Virus record (IMG/VR): IMGVR_UViG_3300030108_003783
Span: 1 to 64,000 of that record
From: a virus
Reading direction: 5' to 3' (one strand)
DNA length: 64,000 nucleotides
Position 1 is the stretch's first letter. The number at the start of each line of letters is the position of its first letter. Below the pieces are notes generated by a model. That model was given only the letters and a program-made list of their open reading frames with translations, searched no databases and had not been told where the DNA came from. The position numbers were made by a program, and so were the translations under genes. This document shows, one piece after another, positions 10,035 to 19,332 of this stretch.

Positions 10035-10370
10035 ATGAAAAAATTTGTTCCTAGAGATAGATCTGGTAAACCTATTTCTAATTATAAGAAAAGACATGAA
10101 TTTGTTATACCGGGTATACCTTCCGGTGTCAAAGTTCCAGGTAATACATCTGGTGATTTAGAAAAAGCTTTGAAAATCTTTAAAAGACAATTGAAAGACA
10201 CTGGAAAGTTGGAGGAGCTGAGAGATCGGCGATATTATGAAAAGCCTTCTGCTGCAAGAGTTAAAAAGATGGACAAAGCTATCAGATTACAGCAAAAGAA
10301 AACAAGACTTGAAAAAGCTTGGGATAAAAAGCATATCTGGACTTCTATTATAGACGGCAAAGCTCAATAA
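10035..10370 (+). CDS. rpsU: Phage-encoded 30S ribosomal protein bS21 with N- and C-terminal extensions
   Basis: VKV...DLEKALKIFKRQ...G.LEELRDRRYYEKPS..R..K..KA signature. Confidence 0.88.
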   Translation: MKKFVPRDRSGKPISNYKKRHEFVIPGIPSGVKVPGNTSGDLEKALKIFKRQLKDTGKLEELRDRRYYEKPSAARVKKMDKAIRLQQKKTRLEKAWDKKHIWTSIIDGKAQ

Positions 10371-10389
10371 TTTAATTATTACATTTTAA

Positions 10390-10429
10390 AGCAGTTTAGA
10401 CAATAGTTAATTTTATTGTCTAAATTGTT
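10390..10429 (+). terminator. Long hairpin downstream of bS21 (terminator or processing site)
   Basis: AGCAGTTTAGACAATA / TATTGTCTAAATTGTT, 16-bp stem with two G-U pairs; no strong U tail. Confidence 0.45.
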
Positions 10430-10460
10430 GTGGAAAAACTATTCTTTTTCTATATTTCTA

Positions 10461-10470
10461 TATATTTATA
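10461..10470 (+). promoter_or_regulatory. Class B promoter motif for the scaffold/capsid operon
   Basis: TATATTTATA. Confidence 0.55.
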
Positions 10471-10590
10471 TTCGAATCAAGCATACAAAAATGCGTTATC
10501 ACTATATAATGCAGTATGTATTTAAAAACATTCCTATTAAGGTTCCCAATAACCTTATTTCCAAATTTAACATATTAAAGGAGAGAACAA

Positions 10591-11577
10591 ATGTCAAAAG
10601 ATTTGTTAAAAGAAGCTATTGCTGATGCGAAGGCTGTTAGAGAAACTGCAATTGCAAACGCAAAATTAGCTTTAGAAGAAGCTTTCACTCCAAGACTTCA
10701 AAGTATGTTGTCTGCTAAGATTCAAGAAGAAGACGACATGGATGAGAATGATGATGTAGAAGAACAACATGACGCTGCAACTGAAGATCCAGGCAAGAAC
10801 GACGTATTTGCTGAAGACGAGGAAATGGAAGAAGATGAGGAAACTAACGAAACTGAAGATATGGACGAAACAGAAGACGCTGAAGAAGGCTATCATAAAG
10901 AAGGCGAGGACATGGAAGAAGGTGAAGATATGGACGAAGCTGACGATATGGACGAAACAGAAGAAACTGAAGAAGGCATGTACGAAGATGAATTAGAAGA
11001 AATCATCAAAGAATTAGAGGAAGAGGATGATATGGATGAAACTGAAGATATGGATGAAGCAGAAGACATGGATGAAGAAAAAGAAGACATGAAAGAAGCT
11101 GAAGACATGGATGAAGATGAAGACATGGATGAAAACCTTGACCTTGACGAAGTAATCAAAGCATTACGTGAAGAAGATGATATGGATGAAGAAGAAAAGA
11201 AAGAAGAAGGTATGTATGAAGACGAACTTGAAGAAGCTTACAAGACTATTAGATCTTTAAAAGCAACTATCAATGAAGTTAATTTACTTAACGCTAAGCT
11301 TTTATTCTCAAACAAATTATTCAGAAGTAATGATTTGAAAGAATCGCAAAAAATGAAAGTAATTGAAACGTTCGATAGAGCTAACTCTGTAAGAGAAGTT
11401 AAATTAGTTTATTCTACTTTAGCTGAATCTTTCAAAGGATACACTCCAAAGAGAACTAAAAAGATTACTGAAGGCTTTGCTTCTAAAGCTTCAAGATCTA
11501 CGGCACCAAAGAAAGGTGCAATTGTTGAATCTTCTAATTTTTCAAATAGAATGAAAAAATTAGCAGGTTTATTGTAA
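10591..11577 (+). CDS. Prohead core scaffold protein (T4 gp22-like role)
   Basis: Extremely acidic EDMDE-repeat middle, position directly before the MCP, C-terminal RMKKLAGL. Confidence 0.85.
   Translation: MSKDLLKEAIADAKAVRETAIANAKLALEEAFTPRLQSMLSAKIQEEDDMDENDDVEEQHDAATEDPGKNDVFAEDEEMEEDEETNETEDMDETEDAEEGYHKEGEDMEEGEDMDEADDMDETEETEEGMYEDELEEIIKELEEEDDMDETEDMDEAEDMDEEKEDMKEAEDMDEDEDMDENLDLDEVIKALREEDDMDEEEKKEEGMYEDELEEAYKTIRSLKATINEVNLLNAKLLFSNKLFRSNDLKESQKMKVIETFDRANSVREVKLVYSTLAESFKGYTPKRTKKITEGFASKASRSTAPKKGAIVESSNFSNRMKKLAGLL
10810..11230 (+). repeat. Degenerate coding repeats (GAAGAYATGGAYGAA, EDMDE) in the scaffold gene
   Basis: Many EDMDE/DDMDE units; GMYEDELEE occurs twice. Confidence 0.75.
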
Positions 11578-11612
11578 AATTATTAACTTAGAAATTGAAT
11601 AGGAGACACAAA

Positions 11613-13253
11613 ATGTCAAATCAAATTTCAAACTTATTAGCAAACTCAGAAGCTTCATTTCGTGCACAAAGAAATGAAACTAAAGTTCTTGTTAATAAAT
11701 GGGAAAAAACTGGTCTTCTAGAAGGTATCGATAAAGAATACGATAAGCACAATACTGCTATCCTTTTAGAAAATCAAGCTAAGCAATTGATTACAGAGGC
11801 TAACTCTACTTCAACTACTTCAAAAGAAGAATGGAACGGCGTTGCTCTTCCACTAGTTAGAAGAATCTTTGGTGAACTTAGCGCAAAAGAATTCGTTAGC
11901 GTACAGCCGATGAATTTACCATCAGGTCTAGTATTCTGGTTAGATTTCAAATATGGCTCAAATGCTATGGGAGATGCTAACGGAAGAAGATTTAACGATG
12001 GAACTGATATCTTAGGTGATACTTCATCTTCAAGCACACCAACTGGTGGTCTTTACGGAAGAGGTAAATCTGGATATACTACTGCTTTAACTGAATCAGC
12101 TGCTGTAACTGCAACACACGCTACTGCATCTTGGGAAGACTTAGGATATGATGGTGCACTTTCTGCATCTGTAGCTGCTGGTAAAGTAATGAAAGTTACT
12201 TTAGCTTCATCTAATTATCCAACTGATTTTGATGCAGACGCTGTTAAGTCTGTAGCTATTTCTGCTTCAGATGGTGGTAAATATGATGTAGCTGATAACT
12301 TACAAGCTTATAACTATACTTCAGGAACTAACTCATACTTCTTTACTTCAAAAGATTCTGCTGGTGGAGCTGCTCCAACTGCAATCGGAAAAATCTTTTA
12401 TGGTAAAGCTCCTGCTGATAATTTATCAAGAGGTGACTTTGAGGATAGATCAGGTGGTCAAGCTGCTGCTGCAAATGGTACAATCGGTCAAACTGATTTA
12501 GCTATTCCAGAAATCGATGTAGCTTTAAAGCAAGAAGCTTTAATTGCTAAAACTAGAAAGCTAAAAGTTGTTTGGACTCCAGAGTTTGCACAAGACTTAA
12601 ATGCATACCACTCTATCGATGCTGAAGCAGAATTAACTTCAATGCTATCTGAGTATGTATCAATGGAAATTGATATGGAAATCTTAGAAATGGTATCTGA
12701 TGCTGCACTTCACACTGATAACTGGATTGCTGAATTAGGTAAGATTGCTACTGCTGGTTCTGATGTATTAACTGCATCTGATAACGTAGCTGCTTATACG
12801 CAACACACTTGGTTCCAAACGTTAGGTACTAAACTACAGAAAGTTTCTAACAAGATTCATGCTTCAACAATGAGAGGGGGTGCAAACTTCGTAGTAGCTT
12901 CTCCAGATGTATGTACAATCTTAGAATCTTTAACTGGGTTTGGAGCTGACACTGATGGACTTAAAAATCAGTTTGCAATGGGTGTATCTAAAGTTGGTGC
13001 TATCAACAACAGATATACTGTATACAAGAATCCTTACTGGCAAGACAATGAATTATTAATGGGCTTCAGGGGAGCACAATTCCTTGAAACTGGTGCTGTT
13101 TATGCTCCGTACATTCCGTTAATTATGACTCCACTTGTTTATGATCCTACTAACTTTACTCCAAGAAAAGGTGTAATGACAAGATACGCTAAGAAAGTTG
13201 TTAGACCTGAGTTCTACGGTAAGATCTACATAGGACAATTAAATCAAATTTAA
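11613..13253 (+). CDS. Major capsid protein (T4 gp23-like)
   Basis: LLENQ, VSVQPMNLPSGLVF, KTRKLKVVWTPEFAQDLNAYH, YAPYIPL, PRKGVMTRY; start set at ATG 11613 after AGGAG. Confidence 0.97.
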   Translation: MSNQISNLLANSEASFRAQRNETKVLVNKWEKTGLLEGIDKEYDKHNTAILLENQAKQLITEANSTSTTSKEEWNGVALPLVRRIFGELSAKEFVSVQPMNLPSGLVFWLDFKYGSNAMGDANGRRFNDGTDILGDTSSSSTPTGGLYGRGKSGYTTALTESAAVTATHATASWEDLGYDGALSASVAAGKVMKVTLASSNYPTDFDADAVKSVAISASDGGKYDVADNLQAYNYTSGTNSYFFTSKDSAGGAAPTAIGKIFYGKAPADNLSRGDFEDRSGGQAAAANGTIGQTDLAIPEIDVALKQEALIAKTRKLKVVWTPEFAQDLNAYHSIDAEAELTSMLSEYVSMEIDMEILEMVSDAALHTDNWIAELGKIATAGSDVLTASDNVAAYTQHTWFQTLGTKLQKVSNKIHASTMRGGANFVVASPDVCTILESLTGFGADTDGLKNQFAMGVSKVGAINNRYTVYKNPYWQDNELLMGFRGAQFLETGAVYAPYIPLIMTPLVYDPTNFTPRKGVMTRYAKKVVRPEFYGKIYIGQLNQI

Positions 13254-13300
13254 TAATTAATCTATTTAATTATTTAATATTATTAATTGAAAAATGCATT

Positions 13301-13326
13301 AGGGCCCTCATAACGAGGGCTCTTTT
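13301..13326 (+). terminator. Intrinsic terminator after the MCP gene
   Basis: AGGGCCCTC-ATAAC-GAGGGCTCT-TTT. Confidence 0.75.
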
Positions 13327-13347
13327 GTGCGTTATCTTTTGCAACTT

Positions 13348-13357
13348 GATATTTATA
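13348..13357 (+). promoter_or_regulatory. Class B promoter motif
   Basis: GATATTTATA directly after the terminator, followed by AGGAG SD. Confidence 0.6.
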
Positions 13358-13377
13358 TAAAAGAATAGGAGATTGTT

Positions 13378-14061
13378 ATGAGTGTAAAATTTACGAATGG
13401 TCCAAAGAATAATAAAAAAGGATATAGATTTCTTTTATCTTTAAATGAAGAACAGAAATTAACTAAACCTTATATATTAGAAAATGACGTTTCCGTTATA
13501 ACTGGTAAAGCTGGTTCTGGTAAAACGTTATTAGCTTGTCAAATTGCATTACAAGGAGTATTGGAAAAACGATATAAAAAGATCATAATTACTAGACCAA
13601 CAGTTTCAAAAGAAGATCTAGGATTCTTACCTGGTGGAGTAGAAGAAAAAATGGCACCATGGCTTTCTCCGATATATGGTAACATGTATCAATTGCTAAG
13701 AAGAGAAAGAGTTGATCAAATGATAAGAGCAGATCAAATAGAGATAGTGCCTGTATCATATATGAGAGGAAGAACTTTTTTAGAATCTGTAATTATAATA
13801 GATGAATGTCAAAACCTAGATAATGAACAAACTCTAATGATATTGCAAAGACTAGGTAAAGGTTCAAAGATGTTATTTTGTGGTGACACTGATCAAGTAG
13901 ATTTAAAAAATGCTTCGACAAGCGGATTAGCTTTTTTACAATCAATTACCAATTTATCAGGTTTTTATGTTAAAAATTTAGAAACAAATCATCGTCACCC
14001 AATACTAGACAATATATTACCAATATATCATAATTTCTTCAAAGTTAACAAGAGAAAGTGA
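13378..14061 (+). CDS. phoH: PhoH-like ATPase
   Basis: GKAGSGKT, ITRP, LGFLPG, YMRGRTF, IIDECQN, GDTDQVD. Confidence 0.93.
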   Translation: MSVKFTNGPKNNKKGYRFLLSLNEEQKLTKPYILENDVSVITGKAGSGKTLLACQIALQGVLEKRYKKIIITRPTVSKEDLGFLPGGVEEKMAPWLSPIYGNMYQLLRRERVDQMIRADQIEIVPVSYMRGRTFLESVIIIDECQNLDNEQTLMILQRLGKGSKMLFCGDTDQVDLKNASTSGLAFLQSITNLSGFYVKNLETNHRHPILDNILPIYHNFFKVNKRK

Positions 14062-14069
14062 TATTTATA
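14060..14069 (+). promoter_or_regulatory. Class B promoter motif
   Basis: GATATTTATA followed by AAGGAG SD. Confidence 0.6.
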
Positions 14070-14084
14070 TAAAAGGAGAAAAGC

Positions 14085-15245
14085 ATGGCAGTTAACATAC
14101 CAATATGGCCGGGGTCGGCTTCTTTATCTGATGTAGCAGGAAATACACCATTCGGATTATATGATACTGATGACGCATACGTTACAGCATCAATACAAAC
14201 TGCAGATTGGTGTGCAAAACGTCTTGGTTATCCTATAGTAGATATAGAACTACAAGATAAACAATTTTTTGCTTGTTTTGAAGAAGCTGTAACGGAATAT
14301 GGTGCTCAAGTAAATAGATTTAATATAAGAGAAAATTTATTAACTGTTAAAGGTGGTGCAACTGGTTCTTCTTATACTGGTAAAAATATAGAAGGCGGTT
14401 TAGATGGAGTTATTCAAATAGCAAAAACTTATGGATCTGAAGCTGGATCTGGTGGTAATATAGATTGGTATAGCGGCTCAATAGCAATTACATCTGGATC
14501 ACAAGTTTACGATTTAGCTTCAACTGCTAATTCATGTTCATATGAATCAGGTACTCCAGGAACAGATGCAATAGAAATTAAAAAGATATTCCATGAAGGA
14601 ACACCAGCAATACAAAGATTATTTGATCCTTATGTAGGAACAGGAGCTGGAGCTTCACAATTAATGCAATCTTTTGGTTGGGGTGGTTATTCTCCTTCTA
14701 TCAATTATTTAGTAATGCCATTATACGATGATATGCTAAGAATGCAACAAATAGAATTTAATGATCACGTTAGAAAATCAGCATTTACTTTTGAATTGAT
14801 AAATAATAAATTAAGAGTATTTCCAAAACCAATTTCAAATTATACATTCTATTTCCAATATATAAAAATATCAGATAGAAGAGGTAGATCAACAGAAGGA
14901 GTTATTTCTGACTTTTCAAATGTTGCTTATGATAATATACCTTATACACATATTAATGATCCAGGTAGATCTTGGATAAGAAAATACACATTAGCTTTAA
15001 CTAAAGAATTACTTGGAACTGTTAGAGGAAAATATTCAACAGTGCCAATACCAGGTGCTGATACATCTTTAGATGGAGACGCTTTAAGATCAGAAGGAGC
15101 TGCAGAAAAAGAAGGTTTGATTGCACAATTAAGAGAAGACCTAGAAGCTGCATCTAGAAGAAATTCAATGGAAAGATCCAAAGAAGAATCAGAATTTCAA
15201 CAAGAATTAATAAACAAAGTACCATTAGGTATTTATCTAGGATAA
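14085..15245 (+). CDS. Neck / head-tail adaptor protein (T4 gp13-like)
   Basis: RLGYPIVDIEL, WIRKYTLALTKELLG.VRGKY...IPG...LDG; gene order. Confidence 0.8.
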   Translation: MAVNIPIWPGSASLSDVAGNTPFGLYDTDDAYVTASIQTADWCAKRLGYPIVDIELQDKQFFACFEEAVTEYGAQVNRFNIRENLLTVKGGATGSSYTGKNIEGGLDGVIQIAKTYGSEAGSGGNIDWYSGSIAITSGSQVYDLASTANSCSYESGTPGTDAIEIKKIFHEGTPAIQRLFDPYVGTGAGASQLMQSFGWGGYSPSINYLVMPLYDDMLRMQQIEFNDHVRKSAFTFELINNKLRVFPKPISNYTFYFQYIKISDRRGRSTEGVISDFSNVAYDNIPYTHINDPGRSWIRKYTLALTKELLGTVRGKYSTVPIPGADTSLDGDALRSEGAAEKEGLIAQLREDLEAASRRNSMERSKEESEFQQELINKVPLGIYLG

Positions 15246-15249
15246 ACAT

Positions 15250-15762
15250 ATGCCATTATTCGGTGGAGAAAGAGATATAAGTTTATTTAGGAGGATTAAT
15301 CGCGAATTGATCAATGAGATTGTAGATACAAAAGTAGATATAATAAAATATGCAATTAGAGATATAAAAGAAAACTTATACGGTGAAGCAATAGGAAAAC
15401 AATATTTTAAGAATGTTAGAGTTGGTGCTTTAATAGAACAAGGTTCAACAGAAATTACAGATACAGAGTTTGGACCAGATGTAAATAAAGAAGTAACATT
15501 TAAATTCTTAAGAGACGATATAAAAGACGTAGCAAATTTAAAATTAGAAATAGGCGATTTATTATTCTGGGATAATGCTTATTGGGAAATAGATAAAGTA
15601 TCTTCTGGTAATCAATATTTCATGGGTAGAAATCCTTCTACTAATTATGCTGGTGATCAACATGGATACAATCTAGCTGTAATTTGTGAAACGCATATGA
15701 CAAGAAGAAGCAAAGTAGACAGAGAACAAACTAATACAGGATATGATAGGGATCTATATTAA
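15250..15762 (+). CDS. Neck / head-closure protein (T4 gp14-like)
   Basis: NLYGE, IGDLL...YWEI motifs; gene order. Confidence 0.6.
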   Translation: MPLFGGERDISLFRRINRELINEIVDTKVDIIKYAIRDIKENLYGEAIGKQYFKNVRVGALIEQGSTEITDTEFGPDVNKEVTFKFLRDDIKDVANLKLEIGDLLFWDNAYWEIDKVSSGNQYFMGRNPSTNYAGDQHGYNLAVICETHMTRRSKVDREQTNTGYDRDLY

Positions 15763-16565
15763 TGGCTAAGAATCCAACAGCAAGAGAAACAAGAGAAAAA
15801 TCTATAGATAGATCAGCTCAGATAAAAAGAGACGATAAAGTTTCTATACCTGAAGTTGGTTTATATGATATAGATTTAGCTGTAAAATTTTACATTGATA
15901 ATGTAATACAACCAAACATATTAAATGGAAATGGGTCTATCATGCAATTGCCTGTTATATATGGTTCATCTGAAAGATGGAAATCTGTACAAAAAACAAA
16001 CTTTTATAGAGACGCTAGAGGTAAAATACAATTACCATTGTTTATGTATAGAAAAACAGATATCGTTAAAAATAGAGAATTGGGAAATAAAGTAGACCCT
16101 AATGCTCCAGTTTTTCAAAGTATAAAAATGAAATATACAAAGAAAAACCAATACGATAATTTTTCAAGATTATATGGAAGAAAGAAAATAGAAGAATATC
16201 ATAACGTTGTAGTACCAGATTATGTTAGAGTTTCATATGAATGTATTATATGGACAGATTTAATAGCACAAATGAACTCTGTAGTTGAAGCTATAAATTA
16301 TGCAGAAGGTGCATATTGGGGAGATCCGAATAAATTTAGTTTTAAATCAAAAATAGATTCTTTCTCACCTGCAACAGAAATAAGTAAAGGAACAGACAGA
16401 GCTACTAAATGTTCTTTTAATTTGCAATTAGACGGTTTTATAATACCGCAAACAATACAAAAACAAGTAAATAGTCAAATGACAAAAACATACTCTACTT
16501 CTCAAATAGTATTTGGGTCAGAGGTTACAAGTAATATAGACGATGCTCTATCAGGAAATTATTAA
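15762..16565 (+). CDS. Tail terminator / sheath stabiliser (T4 gp15-like)
   Basis: PVIYGSSERW, IQLP, PDYV.VSY...IWT...QMN..VE; gene order. Confidence 0.7.
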   Translation: MAKNPTARETREKSIDRSAQIKRDDKVSIPEVGLYDIDLAVKFYIDNVIQPNILNGNGSIMQLPVIYGSSERWKSVQKTNFYRDARGKIQLPLFMYRKTDIVKNRELGNKVDPNAPVFQSIKMKYTKKNQYDNFSRLYGRKKIEEYHNVVVPDYVRVSYECIIWTDLIAQMNSVVEAINYAEGAYWGDPNKFSFKSKIDSFSPATEISKGTDRATKCSFNLQLDGFIIPQTIQKQVNSQMTKTYSTSQIVFGSEVTSNIDDALSGNY

Positions 16566-16585
16566 TAAAGTTATAGGAGATAAAA

Positions 16586-16846
16586 ATGGCATTACCAAAA
16601 AGAGAAAAATTTACAAAAGACGAATTAAAAAGTCTAACAGATATCAGAGATAAGTTCTCTGAAGTATCTTATAAAATAGGTCAAATAAGAATACAAAAAA
16701 TACAATTAGATGAACAAGAAAAATTAGTTTTAAAAGAATTAGATGCTAACTTCGATAAAGAAAAGGAAGTAGCAAAAACATTAATAGATAAATATGGTAA
16801 AGGTACAATTGATATAGATTCAGGAGAATTTATTCCTGCATCATAA
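16586..16846 (+). CDS. Small coiled-coil hypothetical protein
   Basis: AGGAG SD; C-terminal KYGKGTIDIDSGEF. Confidence 0.7.
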   Translation: MALPKREKFTKDELKSLTDIRDKFSEVSYKIGQIRIQKIQLDEQEKLVLKELDANFDKEKEVAKTLIDKYGKGTIDIDSGEFIPAS

Positions 16847-16866
16847 TCATTTTGATTTTTCTTTAT

Positions 16867-16876
16867 GATATTTATA
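16867..16876 (+). promoter_or_regulatory. Class B promoter motif upstream of the tail sheath gene
   Basis: GATATTTATA. Confidence 0.6.
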
Positions 16877-16934
16877 TACGAGACGAAAGTAATAATAGTA
16901 GAATTACTTAAAGAAATAAAATTAGGAGATTAAC

Positions 16935-18713
16935 ATGGCAGAAAAAATAGTCAGTCCTGGTGTATTTACCAGAGAAAATGATCTTTCATTTGTACCCCAG
17001 GGTGTAGCTGAGATTGGCGCTGCAATTGTAGGACCAACAGTAAAAGGGCCAGCTTTAGTACCAACTGTGGTTTCTAGCTTTGGCGAATATTCAACAATAT
17101 TCGGTACTACTTTCAACAGTGGTTCAGATCAGTATGAGTATTTAACATCCTTAGCAGCAGAACAATATTTGCAAAATGCTGGACAATTAACAGTAGTAAG
17201 AATTTTATCAGGAAGTTTTTCTAACGCAACTTCAAACTTCTTAGATAAATCATTCGTTCCTACATCAGAATCTAATGCACAATCAACAAGTACTAACCAT
17301 AGTTCTTCGTTTGCAATTAAAACTAGATTCGATGGAGCAATCTTAAACTCTACTGGTTCACAAGGAACAAATGGATTATTAACCAATGGAACAGAAAACA
17401 ATTATAGATGGGAAATTACCAACGTAAATAAAAATACTGGTACTTTTACATTATTAGTTAGACAAGGAAATGATACTCACACAAATAAGATTATTCTTGA
17501 AACATGGAATGATTTATCATTAGATCCTAAATCAAACAATTATATAAGAAGAGTAATTGGTGATCAAAGATATACTATAGCAGATTCAACAACTACAGAT
17601 CCTTTCTTACAATTAACTGGTGATTATGCAAATAAATCACAATTTATTTATGTAAGCTCAAATCAAACTACAATTGATTATTTAGATGAAAATGGAAACA
17701 CTGGTTCATTAACTAATGCTTTAGGATTATATACAGCATCATTACCAGCAGCAGTTTCTGGTACATTTAAAGCTGGATCTGATGGAGCAGTTAAAGCAGC
17801 ACCAAAATTCTTTGATAATATAGCAAATGGAAATGCACAAGGATATGATCCAGATCAAGATGGTAATACATACCAAACAGCATTTAGATTATTAAAGAAT
17901 CAAGATCAATACGATGTAAATATGATCCTAGCTCCAGGTATAATACAACAAAATGATTCAGCAACTACAACTTTATTAAAAGAAGTTTGTGAAGCTAGAG
18001 GAGATGCTTTCTTTATAGTTGATCCAGTAAATCATAATACAACTTCATTAGCAACTGTAACAGGAGTAACAGAACAATTGATTACTTCATACGGAGCTAT
18101 GTATTGGCCATGGGTTAAGATCTTCGCTTCTAGATTAGGAAAGAATGTTTGGGTACCACCATCAGTAGTAATGGGAGGAGTAATTGCTTTCAATGATAAA
18201 GTAGCTGCAGAATGGTTCGCACCAGCAGGTTTAAATAGAGGAGGAATCGGAGCTGCAATTCAAGCAGAAAGAGGATTAACTCATGCAAACAGAGATACTT
18301 TATACGAATCAAGAATTAATCCACTAGCAACATTCCCAGGTCAAGGGGTTTGTGTTTGGGGACAAAAAACTCTACAAAAAAGACCAACAGCTTTAGATAG
18401 AGTTAATGTTAGAAGATTATTGATTAACCTTAAGAAATTTATTGCATCTACAACTAAGTTCTTAGTATTTGAAAACAATACTTCAACTACAAGAAATAGA
18501 TTCTTAAGTACAGTTAATCCGTATATGGAACAAGTACAACAAAACCAAGGTCTATTTGCTTTCAGGGTTATTATGGATGAATCTAATAATACACCAGATG
18601 TAATTGACAGAAATCAAATGAAAGGTGAAATATTTATTCAACCAGCAAAAGCTGCAGAATTTATAATAGTAGACTTTAATATTATGCCAACCGGAGCAAC
18701 CTTCGGGGAATAA
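16935..18713 (+). CDS. Tail sheath protein (T4 gp18-like)
   Basis: SPGVFTRENDLS, YWPWV, WFAPAGLNRG, WGQKTLQ, RVNVRRL, VFENN. Confidence 0.96.
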   Translation: MAEKIVSPGVFTRENDLSFVPQGVAEIGAAIVGPTVKGPALVPTVVSSFGEYSTIFGTTFNSGSDQYEYLTSLAAEQYLQNAGQLTVVRILSGSFSNATSNFLDKSFVPTSESNAQSTSTNHSSSFAIKTRFDGAILNSTGSQGTNGLLTNGTENNYRWEITNVNKNTGTFTLLVRQGNDTHTNKIILETWNDLSLDPKSNNYIRRVIGDQRYTIADSTTTDPFLQLTGDYANKSQFIYVSSNQTTIDYLDENGNTGSLTNALGLYTASLPAAVSGTFKAGSDGAVKAAPKFFDNIANGNAQGYDPDQDGNTYQTAFRLLKNQDQYDVNMILAPGIIQQNDSATTTLLKEVCEARGDAFFIVDPVNHNTTSLATVTGVTEQLITSYGAMYWPWVKIFASRLGKNVWVPPSVVMGGVIAFNDKVAAEWFAPAGLNRGGIGAAIQAERGLTHANRDTLYESRINPLATFPGQGVCVWGQKTLQKRPTALDRVNVRRLLINLKKFIASTTKFLVFENNTSTTRNRFLSTVNPYMEQVQQNQGLFAFRVIMDESNNTPDVIDRNQMKGEIFIQPAKAAEFIIVDFNIMPTGATFGE

Positions 18714-18738
18714 TAAAATAACAAAGAGGAGAAAATAA

Positions 18739-19227
18739 ATGGCTAATTTAATAGACCCAAATGAAATGATGTTTACTTCCTTTCAACCAAAGGTAGCTAA
18801 CAGGTATGTAATGTATATAGACGGGATTCCTTCTTTTTTAATTAAGAAAGCTGCAAGACCATCTGTTAAATTTAATACTATTACTATGGATCACATGAAT
18901 ACACAAAGAAAGATTCAAGGTAAAGCTTCTTGGGATGATATCACAGTAACACTCTATGATCCAATCGTTCCTTCAGGTGCACAAGCAACTATGGAATGGG
19001 TAAGACTTGGATATGAGTCTGTAACTGGTAGAGCAGGATATTCAGATTTTTACAAGAAAGATATTGTATTCAACGTATTAGGTCCAGTAGGTGATAAAGT
19101 TGAAGAATGGACATTAAAGGGTGCATTCGTAACTTCAGCAGGTTTTGGAGAGATGGATTGGTCATCTGATACTCCAATGGAAATATCTATTGGTATTGCA
19201 TACGATTACGCAATATTACAATACTAA
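18739..19227 (+). CDS. Tail tube protein (T4 gp19-like)
   Basis: Follows sheath; WDDITVTLYDP, EEWTLKGAF, GEMDWS. Confidence 0.9.
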   Translation: MANLIDPNEMMFTSFQPKVANRYVMYIDGIPSFLIKKAARPSVKFNTITMDHMNTQRKIQGKASWDDITVTLYDPIVPSGAQATMEWVRLGYESVTGRAGYSDFYKKDIVFNVLGPVGDKVEEWTLKGAFVTSAGFGEMDWSSDTPMEISIGIAYDYAILQY

Positions 19228-19241
19228 AATAAATTTAAGTT

Positions 19242-19272
19242 AGAAGAGGGCTCTGGAATAGAGCCTTTTTCT
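19242..19272 (+). terminator. Intrinsic terminator after the tail tube gene
   Basis: AGAAGAGGGCTCT-GGAAT-AGAGCCTTTTTCT. Confidence 0.75.
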
Positions 19273-19280
19273 GCTTTCTT

Positions 19281-19290
19281 CATATTTATA
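19281..19290 (+). promoter_or_regulatory. Class B promoter motif
   Basis: CATATTTATA directly after the terminator. Confidence 0.55.
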
Positions 19291-19332
19291 TTATATGAAG
19301 TTTAACGTTATAGAGAAATAGGAAAGGTTATT

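Noticed and set aside
10416-10625. 69-aa + strand ORF between bS21 and the scaffold
   Set aside because: TTG start inside a hairpin, no SD, spans a promoter and structured leader, and overlaps the scaffold out of frame
10810-11230. Scaffold repeats, or the 23544-23835 repeats, as a CRISPR array or DGR
   Set aside because: They are in-frame coding repeats with synonymous variation and no unique spacers; no reverse transcriptase is present
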